IMG/VR virus record: IMGVR_UViG_3300006120_000041
Span: 1 to 38,806 of that record
Strand: one strand, 5' to 3'
Length of the DNA stretch: 38,806 bases
From: a virus
Taxonomy: Duplodnaviria > Caudoviricetes
The first letter of the stretch is position 1. Each line of letters opens with the position of its first letter. A program made the translations under genes and the position numbers. The notes beneath the pieces are model-generated. The model was not told the DNA's origin and did not search any database. It worked only from the letters and a program-made list of their open reading frames with translations. Shown one piece after another: positions 35,125 through 38,806 of this stretch.

Positions 35125-36519
35125 ATGGCTGTATCTTTCTTTTATGACGAACAAATACGAAGATTTTTGTTGCAGTTCGCCAGAATATTTTCCAACTTTC
35201 AAGTTGAATATGGCCGTAACGAAATGGGCAAAAATGACACCCTGATTCGTGTACCTGTACGTTACGGAGATTCAAGTCGTCAAGCTCAAACTGTGATTCA
35301 ACAAAACTCAGCCAATGAACTGACTAGCACTCCATTGATGACATTTTACATTACAGATTTAAAGTACGATCGTCCCAGAATACAAGATCCCACTTTTGTT
35401 GGCACCATACAGGTCAGACAAAGAACTTACGATTCTATGACTGACACCTATGAACAAACGCAAGGCAATGCATTTACCATTGACAGACTGATGCCAGTGC
35501 CTTTTGAGTGTACAATAAAGTTGGATATTTGGACTTCTAATACCAATCAAAAAATGCAATTGCTAGAACAAATTCTAGTGTTGTTTAATCCCAGTTTAGA
35601 AATACAAAGTACTGATAACTACATAGACTGGACAAGTTTGACTGTGTTGTATCTTGACGATGTCAATTGGTCCAGTCGTACTATTCCGGTGGGTACAGAA
35701 AATCCCATAGATATTTGCACGCTGACATTTAAATTACCTATGTGGATCAGCTCGCCAGCCAAGGTCAAAAAATTAGGTGTGGTTGAGCGTATTATAATGA
35801 GTGTGTTTGATGCTGACGGAGACATCAACAATGCAGTATTAGATAACGATTTGTTGTTAGGCACTCGTCAACAGATCACTCCTTGGGCGTACCAAGTGTT
35901 GTTGCTGGACGGTAAACTGCAAGCATTGGCACAAAATCAAGTGATAAACGAGCCTAACACAAATTTAACACCTCCTGATAATCCGCCTAGCAATTTGTTG
36001 TGGCATGACATTGTAAATCAATACGGAAATCTAAGGCCTGGCATCAGTTATGTCACACTAGAACAACCAGATGGCACTGACGTTATGGGTACCGTGGCAT
36101 ATGATCCTACCGATGACAGATTTTTGTTGTTTACAGTAAACACTGCCACGACACCTGCTAATACATTAGCACCACTGACTGCAGTTATAAATCCATTGGC
36201 CAGTGGGCCAGGCGCAGGATTAATCCCTGCCTCACAGGGACAACGTTACTTGTTTACTGAAGATACTGGTAGTTGGGACGGTACAAGTCCTACAGCGTGG
36301 CAAGGACAAAATGGTGAACCTTTGGTGGCACATGCTAATGACATTGTGGAATACAACGGGGAGAGATGGGCAGTATCATTTGATAGTACATCAAGCCCTA
36401 ATAACATACAATATGTTACAAATATAACCACAGAAATACAGTACCAATGGACTGGTACCACATGGGTTAAAAGTTATCAAGGACTTTACAAGGGAGGCGA
36501 ATGGAGTCTTGTACTGTGA
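35125..36519 (+). CDS. 15: Tail sheath stabilizer/terminator (T4 gp15-like) with C-terminal extension
   Basis: FFYDEQIRRFLLQF.RIFSN, VPVRYG, YDR.R, MPVPF....LDIW, QLLEQIL.LFNP. Confidence 0.85.
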   Translation: MAVSFFYDEQIRRFLLQFARIFSNFQVEYGRNEMGKNDTLIRVPVRYGDSSRQAQTVIQQNSANELTSTPLMTFYITDLKYDRPRIQDPTFVGTIQVRQRTYDSMTDTYEQTQGNAFTIDRLMPVPFECTIKLDIWTSNTNQKMQLLEQILVLFNPSLEIQSTDNYIDWTSLTVLYLDDVNWSSRTIPVGTENPIDICTLTFKLPMWISSPAKVKKLGVVERIIMSVFDADGDINNAVLDNDLLLGTRQQITPWAYQVLLLDGKLQALAQNQVINEPNTNLTPPDNPPSNLLWHDIVNQYGNLRPGISYVTLEQPDGTDVMGTVAYDPTDDRFLLFTVNTATTPANTLAPLTAVINPLASGPGAGLIPASQGQRYLFTEDTGSWDGTSPTAWQGQNGEPLVAHANDIVEYNGERWAVSFDSTSSPNNIQYVTNITTEIQYQWTGTTWVKSYQGLYKGGEWSLVL

Positions 36520-36941
36520 CTGCAGTGGGTGTATGGTTTTACGCAGTTGACACAGGTCGTTATCTTTATTTGCTGCGTAATGATGCAAAAAATCCTGGAA
36601 CATGGGGATTACCTGGCGGTAAAGTTGAAGTAAATGAAACGCTAATAGAGTGTATTACTCGAGAATGTCAAGAAGAACTTGGTGCAATGCCTGACTATCT
36701 AAGATTAGTACCTTTAGAAAAATTTACCACTGCAGACGGTAAATTTGCTTATCATACGTTTTTTTGTAGTATTTCAACTGAATTCCGGCCTGATCTAAAT
36801 GACGAACATGTGGGATGGGCGTGGATCTCTTCTGGAAATCTTCCGCGACCGTTGCATCCTGGACTATGGTCAACAGTCAATATTGAATCTGTACAAGACA
36901 AAATTTTGACCATGGAGCAACAAGTTCAGATATCGCAGTAG
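36516..36941 (+). CDS. NUDIX hydrolase
   Basis: Nudix box GGKVEVNETLIECITRECQEELG; likely GTG start overlapping the gp15 stop (alternative ATG at 36501). Confidence 0.88.
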   Translation: MTAVGVWFYAVDTGRYLYLLRNDAKNPGTWGLPGGKVEVNETLIECITRECQEELGAMPDYLRLVPLEKFTTADGKFAYHTFFCSISTEFRPDLNDEHVGWAWISSGNLPRPLHPGLWSTVNIESVQDKILTMEQQVQISQ

Positions 36942-37588
36942 CCAATAAAATCTCCATAGGTAAGATGTTCAGCATTGGCTGCTTCCATCCAGATGTCAGG
37001 CATGTTGGCTTTTTCACCTACCAAATAAAATTTTACGCCTGCATAGGTATCCATGACTTGCCTGACTTGATTAAACCACGATGGTTGATTCACAGGAGTT
37101 TCAATATTATATCCAAGTAAAAATATCTCTTGATGTCCATCAAATGCCGCGAGATAAAGTATGGCTGCTATCTCTATTAATCTGGGGGCCAAAGGAATCA
37201 AATAAAATTCTCCAGGTATATCTATACAATTTCTAGGATTAGTGTACACAATATTATTTTCTTGGTACTTGGTCAATATGATTTCTTTAAGTTTGGCTTG
37301 ATCAAATTCTACAGCAAAATCCAATCGCATTTCTTGAGTAATATTGCCAACACCGTAGGTCTGTACCTTTTTTGATCCTAACAAACCTCCTCGATGCCGT
37401 TGTAATTTAGTGTAATCAAATCTGAATTGATCAAAAGAGCTGCCAATGCAAACTGCTCGGCCAGATATATGTTGATTTTGAATGGGATTTTCGATCCATT
37501 CTCTTTTTTCAATTTTTTTACCGCCTACCCAGCGACTTTCTAATATAATAAATTCTCCGGCGTAGTCTTGACGATATCTTGCTTGCAT
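36926..37588 (-). CDS. Hypothetical protein, possibly glycosyltransferase/Maf-like Rossmann fold
   Basis: AVCIG.S..., A.LYLAAFDGH.EIFLLGY pattern; coupled to the tail fibre stop (TAATG). Confidence 0.55.
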   Translation of the reverse strand: MQARYRQDYAGEFIILESRWVGGKKIEKREWIENPIQNQHISGRAVCIGSSFDQFRFDYTKLQRHRGGLLGSKKVQTYGVGNITQEMRLDFAVEFDQAKLKEIILTKYQENNIVYTNPRNCIDIPGEFYLIPLAPRLIEIAAILYLAAFDGHQEIFLLGYNIETPVNQPSWFNQVRQVMDTYAGVKFYLVGEKANMPDIWMEAANAEHLTYGDFIGYCDI

Positions 37589-38806
37589 TATGTTCTGCCA
37601 ACTGCAACTTCAATAATACCTATTTCTGCTGAGTTCCATTCTTCCAGTGCTTTGCCAATTATACAACCAGGTTGATATTGAGCCATATCAAGTGGGCTAG
37701 CAACACCATCAATTGGGCTGGCCACTAGTCTGTCGCCTTTGTGTATGATTCCTACTACCTTACAAGGAACTCTGCCAGTCAGTGCCACTGCAGCAGTGTA
37801 TTCTCCATTTAGTGTTGAATTCATTAGGTAAGCGGGTTGCGTGCTAATTATGCCAGCAACTTGTGTGTTGTGACTTCCAGAGCTAATAGTAATTTCTTGT
37901 ATACCTCCAAAACTGACCACAGTTCCAGGTTGATATTCTGCATCTGCGGTATAAACTTCTGCCAAGTCAGCATACTGTGCAGTGGTTGCTTTGGCAAACA
38001 CAGTGTTAAATGTTGCGCCGCTTGCACCAATATTGCCGCTGCCATTGGTTCCTCCATTGGATATGGCAGTGCCATTATTTGAACTATTTACAGTCAATGT
38101 ACCTGATGTTGTCAAACTACTGCCAACAGTGGTGATATTGGACTGTGTGGACCCTGAAACTTGAGCCACATAGCCGGATGTAGTTTGATAATTACTAGGA
38201 TTGGTAGAATTGTATGGAGTAAATCCTAGTGCAGTGGTCACATTACTACTGGTAAGTCCTGTGACATAGGTAGCAGTGGTGGCGTTGGGCACTGTACCGG
38301 TGACATTGGCACCCGGTATAGATGTTAGCCCAGAGCCTGATCCTGAGAATGACGATCCTGTCACAGTGCCTGTTACGCTAACTGAACTACCAGTCATTAC
38401 TCCACCAACTACACTGGCAGCAGTTACTGTGCCTGTAATACTAACAGTAGTTCCGTTGTGAACTGCACCTGTATTACCAATAGTGGCTGCATTAACAGTG
38501 GCTGCATACACAGTACCTGTACCACTCACAACACCAGTGCCATATATGACATTGCCACCTGTGACATTGCCACTTGCGCTATAACTTCCAGCGGTACTTG
38601 CACCTGATCCAATTGATATATTGCCACCAGTGATATTACCTGCAACACTAATTGTGTTGGATGATATTAATACACCAGTAGCAATTACATTGCCACCTGT
38701 GACATTGCCTGTTGCACTTACAGTAGAGCCAATTAAACTGGCACTTGCATTACCAATAGTGGCTGCATTTACAGTGGCTGCATACACAGTGCCTGTACCT
38801 GATACC
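37588..38806 (-). CDS. Tail fibre-like protein, 3' part (5' end beyond the window), with C-terminal intramolecular chaperone/autocleavage-like domain
   Basis: G/S/T/N-rich GNVTGGN repeats; A.YADLAE.Y..D..Y.PGTVV..GG..EI, G.IST.PA.LMN, VAL.GRVP.KV.G, IGKALE; frame open to 38806. Confidence 0.8.
   Translation of the reverse strand, partial: VSGTGTVYAATVNAATIGNASASLIGSTVSATGNVTGGNVIATGVLISSNTISVAGNITGGNISIGSGASTAGSYSASGNVTGGNVIYGTGVVSGTGTVYAATVNAATIGNTGAVHNGTTVSITGTVTAASVVGGVMTGSSVSVTGTVTGSSFSGSGSGLTSIPGANVTGTVPNATTATYVTGLTSSNVTTALGFTPYNSTNPSNYQTTSGYVAQVSGSTQSNITTVGSSLTTSGTLTVNSSNNGTAISNGGTNGSGNIGASGATFNTVFAKATTAQYADLAEVYTADAEYQPGTVVSFGGIQEITISSGSHNTQVAGIISTQPAYLMNSTLNGEYTAAVALTGRVPCKVVGIIHKGDRLVASPIDGVASPLDMAQYQPGCIIGKALEEWNSAEIGIIEVAVGRT
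38473..38799. repeat. Internal coding repeats of the tail fibre with 138-bp periodicity
   Basis: 51-bp near-identical pair at 38473-38523 and 38749-38799 (offset 276); 23-bp pair starting 38549 and 38687 (offset 138). Confidence 0.8.

Noticed and set aside
518-38461. Many short antisense or alternate-frame ORFs in the track (e.g. 15881..16306+, 17679..18122+, 21736..22224+, 32004..32564+)
   Set aside because: They lie largely within convincing genes on the other strand or frame and show no recognisable motifs or start signals.
1-38806. Stop-codon recoding, introns/inteins, tRNA or rRNA genes
   Set aside because: Core genes are full length and contiguous under the standard code. Terminase and UvsX have normal sizes. 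Intergenic gaps are short and no cloverleaf was seen by eye; no covariance search was run.

Overview
This 38.8-kb window is a fragment of a large T4-like myophage genome, densely coding and mostly on the minus strand. Core genes: uvsY, uvsX, gp32 SSB, terminase large subunit (gp17), a probable small subunit (gp16), gp4, tail tube, a tube-like paralog, a 1135-aa tail sheath, dNMP kinase, neck gp13/gp14, gp15 and the 3' part of a tail fibre. Modification enzymes are interleaved with this core: four radical SAM proteins (one probably B12-binding), a glycosyltransferase, a methyltransferase, sulfotransferase-like proteins, a NUDIX hydrolase and a signal-peptide-bearing NucA-type nuclease. Two promoter classes can be read directly: consensus sigma70 promoters, four with ATG at the expected +1 (leaderless), and TAAATA T4-late-like boxes. 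The most striking region is about 13.9-20.1 kb, between the two terminase genes. It holds proteins starting with T4-type capsid-targeting leaders, including four translationally coupled, diverged paralogs coupled to an Ntn hydrolase, and a 715-aa apparent polyprotein of basic modules separated by candidate prohead-protease sites. Also seen: an unlisted ArfA-like small ORF, a structured gp32 leader, and a 110-bp perfect repeat between two radical SAM paralogs. All family assignments come from motif recognition; no database searches were run.
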